This document shows, one piece after another, positions 8,341 to 18,915 of a stretch of DNA of 64,000 nt (positions are counted from its first letter, which is position 1; every line of letters begins with the position of its first letter). This stretch comes from an uncultured Bacteroidota bacterium. Lineage in GTDB: Bacteria; Bacteroidota; Ignavibacteria; UBA10030; UBA6906. The stretch is taken from assembly GCA_963700635.1 (NCBI GenBank), contig CAVOYH010000006.1, positions 118,013 to 182,012 on the forward strand, written 5' to 3'. The position numbers and the translations under genes are program-made. The notes under the pieces were generated by a model. The model searched no databases and was not told the DNA's origin. It saw only the letters and a list, made by a program, of their open reading frames with translations.

Positions 8341-10053
8341 TCAGGTAATGGTAAAATAGCGGGCTTCCGGATGATGAACGATCAGCGCATTTGTGCTTTG
8401 CTCGGGATCCAGAGAGAATTCATCCGTAAGCTGGACACCGATCCGGGTTCCATCCAGCAGAGCGAACAACTTTGTCTGATCTTCGAGATTGGGGCATGCC
8501 GGGTAGCCGAAGCTGTATCGCGAACCCTGATATCCCTGCGAGAAAAGGCGCCGGATCTCCGGCGCATCCTTCCCGGCGATCCCGAGTTCCGCCCGGATCC
8601 GCTTATGCCACAGTTCTGCCAGTGCTTCGGCGGATTCAACGCTCAGACCGTGAAAATACAGATATTCGGTGTACGCGTTGGCCGCAAAGAGGCGGGCGGA
8701 ATGTTCGGATGCCGTCTTTCCCATGGTCACGAGATGAAACGCCGCGACATCCATCCGACCCGATGAACGCGCCGCAAAATAGTCCGAAAGACAAAGATGC
8801 CGGTCGCCCCGCTGGCGGGGAAACGTGAACCGTAACCGCTCCGTCCGTTGATCATCCTCATAGATGATCAGATCGTTCCCCTCAGACTGACAGGGAAAGT
8901 ACCCGTAAACAGCTCGGGGATCAAGGAGGCGTTCCGCTTTACATTGTTCCTTCAGCCGTTCCAGCTCCGGATACACCTTTTCCTGCAGGAGTGCGCGGTA
9001 TGCCTCTTCGGACTGTCTTCCCTTCCTCACCTGCCATTGCCCGCGGATGAGCGCAATCTCATTGATATACGCAAACACTTCGTCCAGCGCGATACCGTCG
9101 TGTACACGAGTCCCCCAGAACGGCGGTACGGGAGGAGGCACATCAGTCCGGACGGCCGACCGTGCATGACCAGGCGCAGAAACGGAAGGGTCCGCGGACT
9201 CTTTGTACCGGGCATCTTCGCGTTGCGCCAGAGCGATTTTCGCCTCCGTACCGGTGAGGCCCTCTTCCTCATCGTCGGCCACTCCGGTCTCCTGGACAAG
9301 CTGTCCCGTGACAATCTGTTCCATATACCGTAACCCGTCGAATGCATCGTTGGCGTACAGCACGGAACCCCGGTAGTGAGACCGCAGATCCTGCTCCACG
9401 TACCGCCGCGTCAGCGCGGCACCACCGAGAATAACCGGCAGTGTGATGTTCCGTTCATTCATAACCTGGAGATTTTCCTTCATGATCAGGGTTGACTTTA
9501 CCAGCAATCCGCTCATCCCGATGGCGTTGGCATGATGCTCAGCCACGGCATTCAGCATCGTCTCGATCGGACACTTGATCCCGAGATTCACCACATGATA
9601 ACCGTTGTTCGTCAGGATGATATCCACGAGGTTTTTGCCGATATCATGGACATCACCCTTGACGGTCGCCAGCACCATCGTGCCTTTTGCCCGCGTGGCC
9701 GATTTGTCCATAAACTGTTCGAGGTATGCCACCGCACTTTTCATCACTTCGGCCGACTGCAACACGAAGGGAAGCTGCATCTGGCCGCTTCCGAACAGCT
9801 CTCCGACAACCTTCATTCCTCCCAGGAGGATGGTGTTGACGATATCAAGCGCGGCATACGAGCGCAGGGCTGTATCCAGATCGGCCTGTAATCCCACCTT
9901 GTCACCATCGATAATCCGTTGCTTGAGGCGGTCCTCCACGGAACTGCTCGCGGCAATGGGTGTTTTTTTCTGTGCCGTGTGCGTGGTATAGTAGGCCATC
10001 AGCTCGGTGAGCGGATCGTACACCTGTTTGCGGATCTTCGGAGCGTCACTCAT
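8341..10053 (-). CDS. metH: Methionine synthase C-terminal half (cap, B12-binding, activation domains)
   Basis: GELFGSGQMQLPFVLQSAEVMK, KGDVHDIGKNLV, RYSFGYPACP. Confidence 0.93.
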   Translation of the reverse strand: MSDAPKIRKQVYDPLTELMAYYTTHTAQKKTPIAASSSVEDRLKQRIIDGDKVGLQADLDTALRSYAALDIVNTILLGGMKVVGELFGSGQMQLPFVLQSAEVMKSAVAYLEQFMDKSATRAKGTMVLATVKGDVHDIGKNLVDIILTNNGYHVVNLGIKCPIETMLNAVAEHHANAIGMSGLLVKSTLIMKENLQVMNERNITLPVILGGAALTRRYVEQDLRSHYRGSVLYANDAFDGLRYMEQIVTGQLVQETGVADDEEEGLTGTEAKIALAQREDARYKESADPSVSAPGHARSAVRTDVPPPVPPFWGTRVHDGIALDEVFAYINEIALIRGQWQVRKGRQSEEAYRALLQEKVYPELERLKEQCKAERLLDPRAVYGYFPCQSEGNDLIIYEDDQRTERLRFTFPRQRGDRHLCLSDYFAARSSGRMDVAAFHLVTMGKTASEHSARLFAANAYTEYLYFHGLSVESAEALAELWHKRIRAELGIAGKDAPEIRRLFSQGYQGSRYSFGYPACPNLEDQTKLFALLDGTRIGVQLTDEFSLDPEQSTNALIVHHPEARYFTIT

Positions 10054-11870
10054 CCCGGCACCTCCTCAAATCTCCGTTCATCGAAAATCAACTGACGGCA
10101 GATCTCCCGCCCCCGTTCATCAATCTTGTATAACGGCATGATCTTTCCTGCGTGGACGATCGCCATATCCAGCCCCGCTTCGAGCGCGTAGTGCAGGAAA
10201 ACGCTGTTCAGAACATGGCGCGCTGCCGGGGAAAGGCCGAAGGAGATGTTGCTTACGCCCAGCACCGTCTGCACTCCCGGGAGTTCCTTTTTCACCCTTC
10301 TGATGGCATCGAGGGTCTCGATCCCTGCACGCCGGAACTCTTCATCCCCGGACCCGAGGGTGAATGTGAGCATATCAAAGATCAGATCATGGGGTTTCAT
10401 CCCGTACCGCTCCACGGCGATGGCATGGATCCTCCGGGCGATTGCCAGCTTCCTGTCTGCCGTCTTGGCCATCCCCTCTTCATCGATGGTCAGCGCGATC
10501 ACGGCAGCACCATACGCCTTGCACAACGGAAGTATCACGCTGATCCGTTCTTCGCCGTCTTCAAGGTTTATGGAGTTGATGATCGCCTTGCCGCCGAGCC
10601 GCTGGAGGGCTTCTTCGATCACCGGCGCTTCGGTGGAGTCAATCACAATCGGAAGTGATACCTGTGTGTTGAAGCGCGAGATAATTTCGCGCATGTCCTG
10701 GCTCTCGTTGCGCCCGACGTATGCCGCACACACGTCCACCATGTGAGCGCCCTCCCGCACGGCTTCTTTTCCCATCGCCACAATACCTTCCCAATCCTCC
10801 TTTGCCAGCAGTTCCCTGAACAATTTGCTTCCGTTTGCATTGGTGCGTTCCCCGATCAGGACCGGAGGAGGATCAACATGGAACGGCGAGAACTGATACA
10901 GGCTCGATGCTGCCGGTGTAAAATCCGGTGTGCGCGGGCTGGGTGAAAGCCCCCCGACCGATGCGACGAGCTGGCGGATGTGCTCGGGCGTTGTCCCGCA
11001 ACATCCACCCACAACCTGCACACCCTGATCCTTGACAAACCGTGTAAGATAGGAGGTAAAATCCCGGGGCGTGAGATTGTAGTGCGCGTGACCGCCGATG
11101 TTCTCAGGAATTCCTGCGTTCGGCATCACAAACAGAGGTATGGGGCTGGCGCTGGAGAGGGTCCGGACATGTTCAGACATTTCCATGGGACCCGTGGCGC
11201 AGTTCAAGCCGATAACGTCTATATCATACGGCTCCAGGGAGACCAGCGCCGCGCCGATTTCGGTGCCGAGCAGAAGTGTGCCCATCGTTTCAACGGTGAC
11301 CGATACGATAATGGGAACCCGGCAGCGGGCATCGGTGAAGTACGAGAAAATACCGTACAATGCGGCTTTCGCCTGCAACACATCCTGGCAGGTTTCAAGG
11401 CAGAGAAGGTCCGCTCCTCCTTCAACAAGTCCGCGCGCCTGAACAGCGTACGCATCCGCCATCTCGCGGAATCCAATGTGACCCAGCGAAGGCAGTTTGG
11501 TCGTCGGACCCATGGATCCCGCAACAAACCGGGGATGATCCGGGGTTGAATATGCCGAGACCATGTCCTTTGCGAGCCGGGCGCTCGCAAAGGAAATCTC
11601 GTAGGAACGATCGGCGAGACCGTACTCTGCGAGGACGATTGACGCGGAGCCGAAGCTGTTCGTCTCGATGATGTCACAGCCGGCATCCAGGTAGTCCCGG
11701 TGGACATGCTGCACCGCAGAAGGTTTTGAGAGGACGAGGATTTCATTACACCCGTTCAAATGTTCGCCGCCAAAATCTTCGGCAGTCAAATCCTGACCCT
11801 GCAGATGCGTCCCGGTGGCCCCGTCAAACACAAGCACCTTTTCGCGGAGCATGTCGCGGAATGATCGCAT
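10050..11870 (-). CDS. metH: Methionine synthase N-terminal half (homocysteine and pterin-binding domains)
   Basis: DGATGT, GLNCATGP, GGCCGTTP, IGERTNANGSK, INSINLEDGE. Confidence 0.93.
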   Translation of the reverse strand: MRSFRDMLREKVLVFDGATGTHLQGQDLTAEDFGGEHLNGCNEILVLSKPSAVQHVHRDYLDAGCDIIETNSFGSASIVLAEYGLADRSYEISFASARLAKDMVSAYSTPDHPRFVAGSMGPTTKLPSLGHIGFREMADAYAVQARGLVEGGADLLCLETCQDVLQAKAALYGIFSYFTDARCRVPIIVSVTVETMGTLLLGTEIGAALVSLEPYDIDVIGLNCATGPMEMSEHVRTLSSASPIPLFVMPNAGIPENIGGHAHYNLTPRDFTSYLTRFVKDQGVQVVGGCCGTTPEHIRQLVASVGGLSPSPRTPDFTPAASSLYQFSPFHVDPPPVLIGERTNANGSKLFRELLAKEDWEGIVAMGKEAVREGAHMVDVCAAYVGRNESQDMREIISRFNTQVSLPIVIDSTEAPVIEEALQRLGGKAIINSINLEDGEERISVILPLCKAYGAAVIALTIDEEGMAKTADRKLAIARRIHAIAVERYGMKPHDLIFDMLTFTLGSGDEEFRRAGIETLDAIRRVKKELPGVQTVLGVSNISFGLSPAARHVLNSVFLHYALEAGLDMAIVHAGKIMPLYKIDERGREICRQLIFDERRFEEVPG

Positions 11871-11878
11871 ACCTTCTC

Positions 11879-12838
11879 CTATGGCATCCTGAGTTTTGTT
11901 GAATAGTACTCTGCCATCATGGTGCGCACAACCTCGGCGGCCGGCGTAATGGTGCGGACGAGTCCGGCGCTCTGTCCGGCCTCGAACATGCCTTCTTCCA
12001 GATTTCCTTCGAAGATCCCCATTCTCTCACGTTTCTTCCCGAGCAATTCCTCAAGCTCGGCCCGGTCCGCACCCCTGCGCTCGGCCTGTTGCGCTCTGGC
12101 GGTAAATGGTGTCTTCAGCATTCGCACGGGCATCAACGACCGGAACGTCAAAGCCGTATCGCCGTCCTGCGCATCAACAACCCGTTGTTTGTAGAGATCG
12201 TGGGCCGATGATTCCACGGTGGCAGCGAACCGTGTTCCCACCTGAACCGCTTCGGCGCCCAGCGCAAAGACCGCCGCCATTCCGCGTCCGTCCGCTATTC
12301 CGCCGGCCGCGATGACCGGGATGGAGACGGCATCCACAACCTGGGGAACGAGCGTGAGGGTCGTGATCTCGTCGATACCATTGTGTCCTCCGGCCTCGAA
12401 CCCCTCCGCCACAACGCCGTCACAGCCTGCGTCCACCGCCTTGCGGGCATGTTTTACTGCGGCCACAACATGCAGAACGATACAGCCGGCTTCTTTGAGC
12501 GCCGGCGTGTAGGTCATCGGGTGACCGGATGATGTGAGCACGATCCGCACACCTTCTTCCGTGCAGACCAGGATCAGGTCGGCAACGTCACGCCGGGCGA
12601 GCGGAATATTCACGCCGAACGGGGCCGTGGTCCCCTGCCGTACCGTCCGAATCTTCTCCCGCAGCAATTCCGGCTTCATCGATCCGGAACCGAGCACCCC
12701 CAGCCCTCCTGCCTGTGAAACAGCAAGTGCGAGCTTCGCACCCGACGCCCATACCATTCCCGCCTGGATGATCGGATACCGGATCCCGAGCAGCCGCGTG
12801 ACGCGTGTGGAAAGTGGGGGGAGGGTCTCAGTTGCCAT
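11879..12838 (-). CDS. Nitronate monooxygenase / FabK-like enoyl-ACP reductase flavoprotein
   Basis: YPIIQAGM, EGFEAGGH, IAAGGIADGRG, VQVGTRF, AGQSAGL. Confidence 0.88.
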   Translation of the reverse strand: MATETLPPLSTRVTRLLGIRYPIIQAGMVWASGAKLALAVSQAGGLGVLGSGSMKPELLREKIRTVRQGTTAPFGVNIPLARRDVADLILVCTEEGVRIVLTSSGHPMTYTPALKEAGCIVLHVVAAVKHARKAVDAGCDGVVAEGFEAGGHNGIDEITTLTLVPQVVDAVSIPVIAAGGIADGRGMAAVFALGAEAVQVGTRFAATVESSAHDLYKQRVVDAQDGDTALTFRSLMPVRMLKTPFTARAQQAERRGADRAELEELLGKKRERMGIFEGNLEEGMFEAGQSAGLVRTITPAAEVVRTMMAEYYSTKLRMP

Positions 12839-12852
12839 GCGTGGATCGTGTA

Positions 12853-13881
12853 CTAGTTGCTGCCGAACAACTCCGGGATCACGGCTGTGACGCCTGTCAG
12901 AGAGTAGACGGCTGTCCCGGGTGCTGTCGGTTGGAGGCGCAAAAGGTGGTCGCCGAACTCCGCGTTGCGGACAACATTATAGAGGCGTGGGCCGTCGAGC
13001 AAGACCACACTCTGTGACCCCTGTGCTATCTGTACATCCCTTCCCGCGTTGACCGCCGTCAGAGGGACTCCGTCTTGCTGGACGATTACCTCGCTCTTCC
13101 CCGATTTCGACGGGCTCAAAACCAGGTTCGCTTCAATGCCGCTGTACCGGACAACAACATGGCCGGAGTCCTGCGGATGCCCCTGCCAGCGGAAGCATTC
13201 GCGTTCATTCAACCAGGCGCCCCGGAAGTAGAGCCGCCCATCCATGTAGATCCCCGGATCCGCATATTCGAGGAGGGATTCCGGTGCAACACCCTCAACA
13301 TTCCCGATACTCCCGCGGAGGTAACCTGCGAGTATTTCGGGTGTCGCGCGGTAACAGACTGCACCGGGACGGTCGGTTTCACGCAACGGCACCGTAAGAT
13401 CGGGTAACTCTTCCAGCGGACTCGCCTCATACAACAGACTCTGGAGAGCCCGCTCAAAGGAGACATACCCTCCTTCACCCGCATTCTGACAGCGGACGAA
13501 ACCATCCTTGTCTATCAGCTGTTTGGTCGGCCAGATCCGGTTTCCATACATGGACCAGACAAGCTGTGCATTGTCCATCATCACCGGGTACGGAATGCCA
13601 AGCCGCTTGATCGCTTCCTGGACGTGTTCAACATTCGCTCCGAACTGGAACTTGGGCGTATGAATACCCACGACCGCAACCCCCATGGAGCTGTACTTGG
13701 CGTGCCAGTCCAGAACGTACGGTAACGAACGTAACGAGGCGGTGCAGGAATAGTCAAAGAAATCCAGAAGGACGATCCGTCCGCGGAGGTCACCAAGGAA
13801 GACAGGTTCTCCGTTCAGCCAGAAATCGCCGAGCAATTCTCGCGCCTGCACGCGACGTGGTAATATTTCCTGAATAGTCAT
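12853..13881 (-). CDS. Redoxin/DipZ C-terminal-like thioredoxin-fold protein with CxxS site
   Basis: LRGRIVLLDFFDYSCTAS, VGIHTPKF, N..WPT, GEGGY, TPE, PRLY as in the DipZ soluble domains. Confidence 0.8.
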   Translation of the reverse strand: MTIQEILPRRVQARELLGDFWLNGEPVFLGDLRGRIVLLDFFDYSCTASLRSLPYVLDWHAKYSSMGVAVVGIHTPKFQFGANVEHVQEAIKRLGIPYPVMMDNAQLVWSMYGNRIWPTKQLIDKDGFVRCQNAGEGGYVSFERALQSLLYEASPLEELPDLTVPLRETDRPGAVCYRATPEILAGYLRGSIGNVEGVAPESLLEYADPGIYMDGRLYFRGAWLNERECFRWQGHPQDSGHVVVRYSGIEANLVLSPSKSGKSEVIVQQDGVPLTAVNAGRDVQIAQGSQSVVLLDGPRLYNVVRNAEFGDHLLRLQPTAPGTAVYSLTGVTAVIPELFGSN

Positions 13882-13893
13882 GGTCCTAAAAAA

Positions 13894-13922
13894 AATATAC
13901 CCATTCAGGTTCTGAATAGCAA
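13894..13922 (-). promoter_or_regulatory. sigma70-type promoter with a palindrome in the spacer
   Basis: Minus strand TTGCTA-N17-TATATT; ATTCAG-N3-CTGAAT at 13903-13917. Confidence 0.5.
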
Positions 13923-13951
13923 ACCGCCGAAAACTGCGGGAAACGAGGAGG

Positions 13952-14716
13952 TTACAGAATTCTATCTGAGAGGAGCTTGAGGGTTGTCAGGATCACCATG
14001 ACAATAAAAACCGGGCGGATAAACCGTGCCCCCCGTTTTACAACCATTCCGGAGCCGAGGCGAGCTCCGAGAATCTGTCCCAGAGCCATCACCGCGCCGG
14101 GCAGCCAGAGGATGTGCCCCCCGAGGCCAAAAACAACAAACGAGACAATATTGCTTGTAAAATTCATCACCTTTGTATATCCAGTGGCCCGTGTGAGATG
14201 AAAGCCGAGCCCGAGGACGAACGCCATAGCCCAGAATGAACCCACACCGGGGCCAAAAAAACCATCGTAGAAGCCGAGCAGAAGGCCCATGCTCGTGTAG
14301 AACATCAAGCGCGGGATTTTAGGACGGCCCTGGATGGATCCGAGGTCGGGCGTGAGGAGCATATACACGGCGATGCCGAGCAACAGAAATGGAATCACCA
14401 CATTCAGAACACTGGCGTCAATCTGCTGCACAGCGATGGTGCCGATCGCGCTCCCGGCGAGCGTATAGAGAATGCCGGTCCACGCATCGGCAAGCGGGAC
14501 GACGCCTGCCCTGACATAGTGCCGGGCGGCGGTAAAGCTGCCGAAGCTTGCCTGGAACTTGTTGGTACCCAGCACCATCTGTGGCGGCAGGCCGAGGCTG
14601 AGCAGGAGTGGCACGGTGACCATTCCTCCTCCGCCTGCAATGGCATCGATCCATCCGGCGAGCAACCCCCCCGCAAACAGGACAGGATACATCCAGGGTG
14701 TGACCTCGAAAGTCAT
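13952..14716 (-). CDS. TSUP/TauE-SafE (YfcA-like) transporter
   Basis: AGWIDAIAGGGG, LGTNKFQ, GFYDGFFGPGVGSF. Confidence 0.9.
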   Translation of the reverse strand: MTFEVTPWMYPVLFAGGLLAGWIDAIAGGGGMVTVPLLLSLGLPPQMVLGTNKFQASFGSFTAARHYVRAGVVPLADAWTGILYTLAGSAIGTIAVQQIDASVLNVVIPFLLLGIAVYMLLTPDLGSIQGRPKIPRLMFYTSMGLLLGFYDGFFGPGVGSFWAMAFVLGLGFHLTRATGYTKVMNFTSNIVSFVVFGLGGHILWLPGAVMALGQILGARLGSGMVVKRGARFIRPVFIVMVILTTLKLLSDRIL

Positions 14717-15405
14717 CGCCGCCGGTCGATTCTCCTTCCGTCAATGACCACAACAAATTCGCCCTTGAGCTCCTTGGTGCCCAGTGTCCGGTACAGACCG
14801 GCTGCCGTATCGTGATAGATCTGCTCGTCGGGCATGGTAAGATTAAACGCAAGACAGCAGCGCCGTGTTTCCCCGAATGTATCGGCGAGATCACGGAGGA
14901 GTGACGAGAGACGGTAGGGGGTTTCCATCAGGACAATGGCGCGTTGTTCCTGCAGCAATTGCCGCAACTCGGCCCGGCGCCGCTCTTTTTTTGGCGACAA
15001 CCAGCCGTAGTACAGAAACTTGTCAATCGAAAATCCCGTGACCGTGAGTGCGGGGAGGAGAGATGATGCTCCGGGGATGGGAACCACCCGGATCTTCTGT
15101 TCTATCGCCTTACGTACAAGAAGTTGACCGGGATCGGAGAATACGGGCGTGCCACAATCGGATATGACAGCGACGTTCTTCCCGCTGCGGAGGACTTCCA
15201 GAATGGTGTGTGTGGCCGCGGCTTCGTTGTGCTCGTTGAGAGTCTCGAGAGGCTTAGTCACCTGGAAATGACGCAGCAGGCGTTCGCCCTCGCGCCGTTC
15301 TTCACAGACAACGAGATCCACCGAACGCAGGACGGACAGGCCGCGGAAGGTCATGTCGTCGGCGTTTCCGATCGGCGTCGCCACAAGATACAGCAAGCCC
15401 GTCAT
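14713..15405 (-). CDS. rsmI: 16S rRNA C1402 2'-O-methyltransferase
   Basis: LYLVATPIGN, ISDCGTPVFSDPG, PIPGAS, KGEFVVVI. Confidence 0.92.
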   Translation of the reverse strand: MTGLLYLVATPIGNADDMTFRGLSVLRSVDLVVCEERREGERLLRHFQVTKPLETLNEHNEAAATHTILEVLRSGKNVAVISDCGTPVFSDPGQLLVRKAIEQKIRVVPIPGASSLLPALTVTGFSIDKFLYYGWLSPKKERRRAELRQLLQEQRAIVLMETPYRLSSLLRDLADTFGETRRCCLAFNLTMPDEQIYHDTAAGLYRTLGTKELKGEFVVVIDGRRIDRRR

Positions 15406-16680
15406 TCAGGCCTCACGATCTCTCCGCGTTTCCCAACTCCCCCACGCCATCAACAAGAGGGCCATTGCCGGGACGGCAATCAGCAATCCGACAAAGCCGA
15501 GAAAATATCCAAAGACCATAAGGCTCAGGATGAGCACCACAGGATGGAGTCCTACCTGGTGCCCGATGATCTTGGGAGCGAGCACCGTCGCCTCGAGGAT
15601 TTTTTGACCGAGATACAGGATGACGACCCCGAATACTTTCGAGACCACCGGATCACCGCTGAACATGGCAACAAGCGACGCAACGATCAGGCTTACCACA
15701 AGTCCGACATACGGAATAAAATTCAGAATACTGGTCATGACACCCAGAACAAGGGCATACCGGACCCCGATGATCCATAAAGCGGTCGCGGATATCATGC
15801 CCTGAATGAGTGCGACTGCGAGCGCCCCGCGGAGATAGCCTCCCAGCAATCCATCAACCCGCGCCACAAACTCCCGCACCTGCGGCCGGCTCCGTATCGC
15901 AAAGAACCGGTAAAACCGCTCCCCGATCTGAGGGAAATCCTTGAGCACATAGAACACGAGAAACGGAATAATGACGGCGTTGATGACATGCAGGGCAACC
16001 GATGTGATACCCGTGAGCAGGTCGATAACACCGTCGATGAGACTCCTGAATACATCTTCGAGCCGCGGGACGAGTTCCGAACTCAGCATCTGTCGTACAT
16101 TCGCCGCCGGTATTCCGAATGACTCGAGTGTCTCCGCGACGCTTCCTGAATCGAGCCACGCGGTGACCCCGGCCAGGAGAGTGCGCATCCCCTGCAGGAT
16201 TCCTTCGAACTGTACGAACACAATCGGAAGAACAAACACAGCGATCCCGGCAACTGCCCCCACGAGAAATATCACGAGGACCAGGCTTCCGGCCCAGCGC
16301 GGCACTCCCCGTCGTGCGAGCCGGGTGACAATCGGGTCAAGCACATAGGCCATCAGAAACGCGAGCAGGAACGGCACCAGAAGTCCGAAGAGCGTTACAA
16401 ATGTCCAAAGACCCAGCAGCACGAGTGTCAGCGTGATCGATCGCCCGATCAGCACATGATCACGGTACGGGAGGAGGAAGAAGATCACGAGTCCGGCCAC
16501 GACAAAAGGGGAAAGTATGGATCGAACGGTGATGCCGACTGCGATCAGCGCGAGGACACTGATAAACGGAAGAAATATCTCGGAAACCGAAAAACTCCGT
16601 GAGGCCGGCGACAGCTGCGGGGGAGGTTCAGCGGGTATCGAAGGAGACGGTGGCAGTGGGCGTCGCCGGGGCATGGTCAC
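15406..16680 (-). CDS. AI-2E family transporter
   Basis: Multi-TM; [32 protein letters not shown]. Confidence 0.88.
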   Translation of the reverse strand: MTMPRRRPLPPSPSIPAEPPPQLSPASRSFSVSEIFLPFISVLALIAVGITVRSILSPFVVAGLVIFFLLPYRDHVLIGRSITLTLVLLGLWTFVTLFGLLVPFLLAFLMAYVLDPIVTRLARRGVPRWAGSLVLVIFLVGAVAGIAVFVLPIVFVQFEGILQGMRTLLAGVTAWLDSGSVAETLESFGIPAANVRQMLSSELVPRLEDVFRSLIDGVIDLLTGITSVALHVINAVIIPFLVFYVLKDFPQIGERFYRFFAIRSRPQVREFVARVDGLLGGYLRGALAVALIQGMISATALWIIGVRYALVLGVMTSILNFIPYVGLVVSLIVASLVAMFSGDPVVSKVFGVVILYLGQKILEATVLAPKIIGHQVGLHPVVLILSLMVFGYFLGFVGLLIAVPAMALLLMAWGSWETRRDREA

Positions 16681-17120
16681 CTCCCGGTGTGCCCGAATCC
16701 ACCGGCACCACGCGTTGTGCTTTCAAGTTCATCCTGCACAACCCAGTCGGCCCGCACAAACGGGGCGATCACCATCTGCGCTATCCGGTCTCCCCGCCTG
16801 ACGACAAAGGGCTCTGTGCCGAAATTCGACAGGATTATCCGGACTTCTCCCCGGTAATCAGAATCAACCGTACCGGGCGAGTTGAGAATGCCGACCTGGT
16901 GTTTAATTGCCAGGCCACTCCGCGGACGAACCTGCGCCTCGTAGCCGGCCGGCACAGCAATGGCAAACCCGGTCGGGATGAGGACCGTAGAAGCAGGCAG
17001 TATCACAAGATCGTTCTCGACCGCCGCGCAGATATCCATGCCTGCCGAACCATCAGTAGCGTAAGAAGGCAGGGGGATATCGGACATCGAGTGTGACAAC
17101 CGTGTTATGCTGATTTTCAC
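16677..17120 (-). CDS. dut: dUTP diphosphatase
   Basis: [32 protein letters not shown]. Confidence 0.96.
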   Translation of the reverse strand: MKISITRLSHSMSDIPLPSYATDGSAGMDICAAVENDLVILPASTVLIPTGFAIAVPAGYEAQVRPRSGLAIKHQVGILNSPGTVDSDYRGEVRIILSNFGTEPFVVRRGDRIAQMVIAPFVRADWVVQDELESTTRGAGGFGHTGR

Positions 17121-18367
17121 GAAACCACCGGTTCCTGAACGTGTTTTGCAAACTCTTCCGGGAATCGTTTGATCGCGCTCTGTACGGGCCAGGCCGCGGC
17201 ATCACCCAGAGCACAAATCGTGTTTCCTTCAATATTGTCTGCAATATCAAGGAGGAGTTCCAGGTCGGCCTGTGTGGCGTCGTTGGCGCAGAACCGGTTC
17301 AAAATCTTCTCCATCCACCCGGTTCCTTCGCGGCACGGTGTGCACTGTCCGCACGACTCGTGATGATAAAACCGCGTGATTCGGGTGAGAACCTGCACGA
17401 GATCGGTATCTTCATCCATCACAATAATGCCTGCTGTACCCACGGAGGATCCCGCGGCTTTCAGGCTTTCCACATCCATACAGACTCCCTCAAGGGCATC
17501 ACCCCGGAGAACCATTGTGGAAGACCCGCCCGGTATGACCGCTTTGATGGCCTTGTTCCCGGGTACGCCGCCGGCGTAGATGTTGATGATGTCCAGAAGC
17601 GGAACACCCGTGGGCATCTCATAGACGCCCGGTTTGTTCACATGTCCGCTCACCCCGACGAGCAGGGGGCCGGGGTGCTTTGACGCACCGATCCCCGCAT
17701 ACGCTTCGGCACCAAGGCGGAGGATAATCGGCACGTTGGCAATTGTCTCGACGTTGTTGATCGTGGTCGGACATCCCCACAATCCATTCTGTGCGGGAAA
17801 CGGCGGCTTCACGCGGGGATATCCCCGGTGACCTTCAAGAGAGTTCATCAGGGATGATTCTTCACCGCAGATGTACGCGCCGGCACCCCTGTGGATGTAG
17901 AGCTCTGTGTCGAATCCGGAACCAAGAATGTTCTTTCCGATATAGCCACGTGCATATGCGTCGTCCACGGCTTTTTGCACCAGGTCGATCCAATGTTTGT
18001 ACTCCCCGCGAACGTACAGGTACGCCGTCGTGATACCCATCGCGTAGCAGGCGATGATCGTGCCTTCGATCAGGAGATGGGGATTACTCTCAAATATCTG
18101 CCGGTCCTTAAATGTCCCCGGTTCGCTCTCATCCCCGTTAATACAGAGGTACTTGGGTTTTGTGGACTCCTTCGGCATGAAGGTCCACTTGAGGCCCGTC
18201 GGAAAACAGGCACCACCGCGTCCGCGTAAGTTGGACCGCTTAACTTCATCGGTGATTTCTGCCGGGGCCTTGCTCAGGGCCGAGCGCAGCATGGCATACC
18301 CGCCATGTGCTTCGTAGGTGTCGATGTGATGAAGATCTTTTATCGGAGGGAGCAGGAGGGGTTCCAT
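17117..18367 (-). CDS. nuoF: NADH-quinone oxidoreductase subunit F
   Basis: [42 protein letters not shown]. Confidence 0.95.
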   Translation of the reverse strand: MEPLLLPPIKDLHHIDTYEAHGGYAMLRSALSKAPAEITDEVKRSNLRGRGGACFPTGLKWTFMPKESTKPKYLCINGDESEPGTFKDRQIFESNPHLLIEGTIIACYAMGITTAYLYVRGEYKHWIDLVQKAVDDAYARGYIGKNILGSGFDTELYIHRGAGAYICGEESSLMNSLEGHRGYPRVKPPFPAQNGLWGCPTTINNVETIANVPIILRLGAEAYAGIGASKHPGPLLVGVSGHVNKPGVYEMPTGVPLLDIINIYAGGVPGNKAIKAVIPGGSSTMVLRGDALEGVCMDVESLKAAGSSVGTAGIIVMDEDTDLVQVLTRITRFYHHESCGQCTPCREGTGWMEKILNRFCANDATQADLELLLDIADNIEGNTICALGDAAAWPVQSAIKRFPEEFAKHVQEPVVS

Positions 18368-18368
18368 G

Positions 18369-18857
18369 TTACTTGAGCTCCTTGAGCACTGTGTCCACCC
18401 CCTCGGGATCGAGGTTTTCGTAATACCGATCGCCGATCTGCATGACAGGCGCGGTGCCACAGGAACCGAGGCACTCGGCTTCTACGAGGGTAAACCGCTT
18501 ATCCGGCGTTGTCTCTCCCACCTTGATGTTCAGGCGGTCTTCAATATGGCGGACGATCCGCTCGCTGTTCCTCAGCATGCAGGAGACGTTTGTGCAGACC
18601 TCTATTTTGTGCTTCCCGACGGGCTTTCGGTTAAACATCGTGTAAAACGATACAACCCCGAACACGTGGTGGTCAGGAATACCCAGAAGCTGCGCGACGT
18701 ACTGCATTCCTTTTTCGGAAATCCACCCGTGCTCCCCCTGCCACATCCAGAGCGCTTCGAGCACGACGGCCTGCGGGTGCGGGTACCGTGTTTTGAGTTC
18801 CTCTATCCGTCGGAGGTTTTCCTCCGACAACTGTTCCGGTTGTTGCGTAGTGTTCAT
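18369..18857 (-). CDS. nuoE: NADH-quinone oxidoreductase subunit E
   Basis: VSFYTMF, CTNVSC, ECLGSCGTAP. Confidence 0.94.
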   Translation of the reverse strand: MNTTQQPEQLSEENLRRIEELKTRYPHPQAVVLEALWMWQGEHGWISEKGMQYVAQLLGIPDHHVFGVVSFYTMFNRKPVGKHKIEVCTNVSCMLRNSERIVRHIEDRLNIKVGETTPDKRFTLVEAECLGSCGTAPVMQIGDRYYENLDPEGVDTVLKELK

Positions 18858-18915
18858 AGGACCTTGTTGTAAACCGATGTACCCCCAAACCCCGGGGCGT
18901 TCGGGGAGTGTCGGA

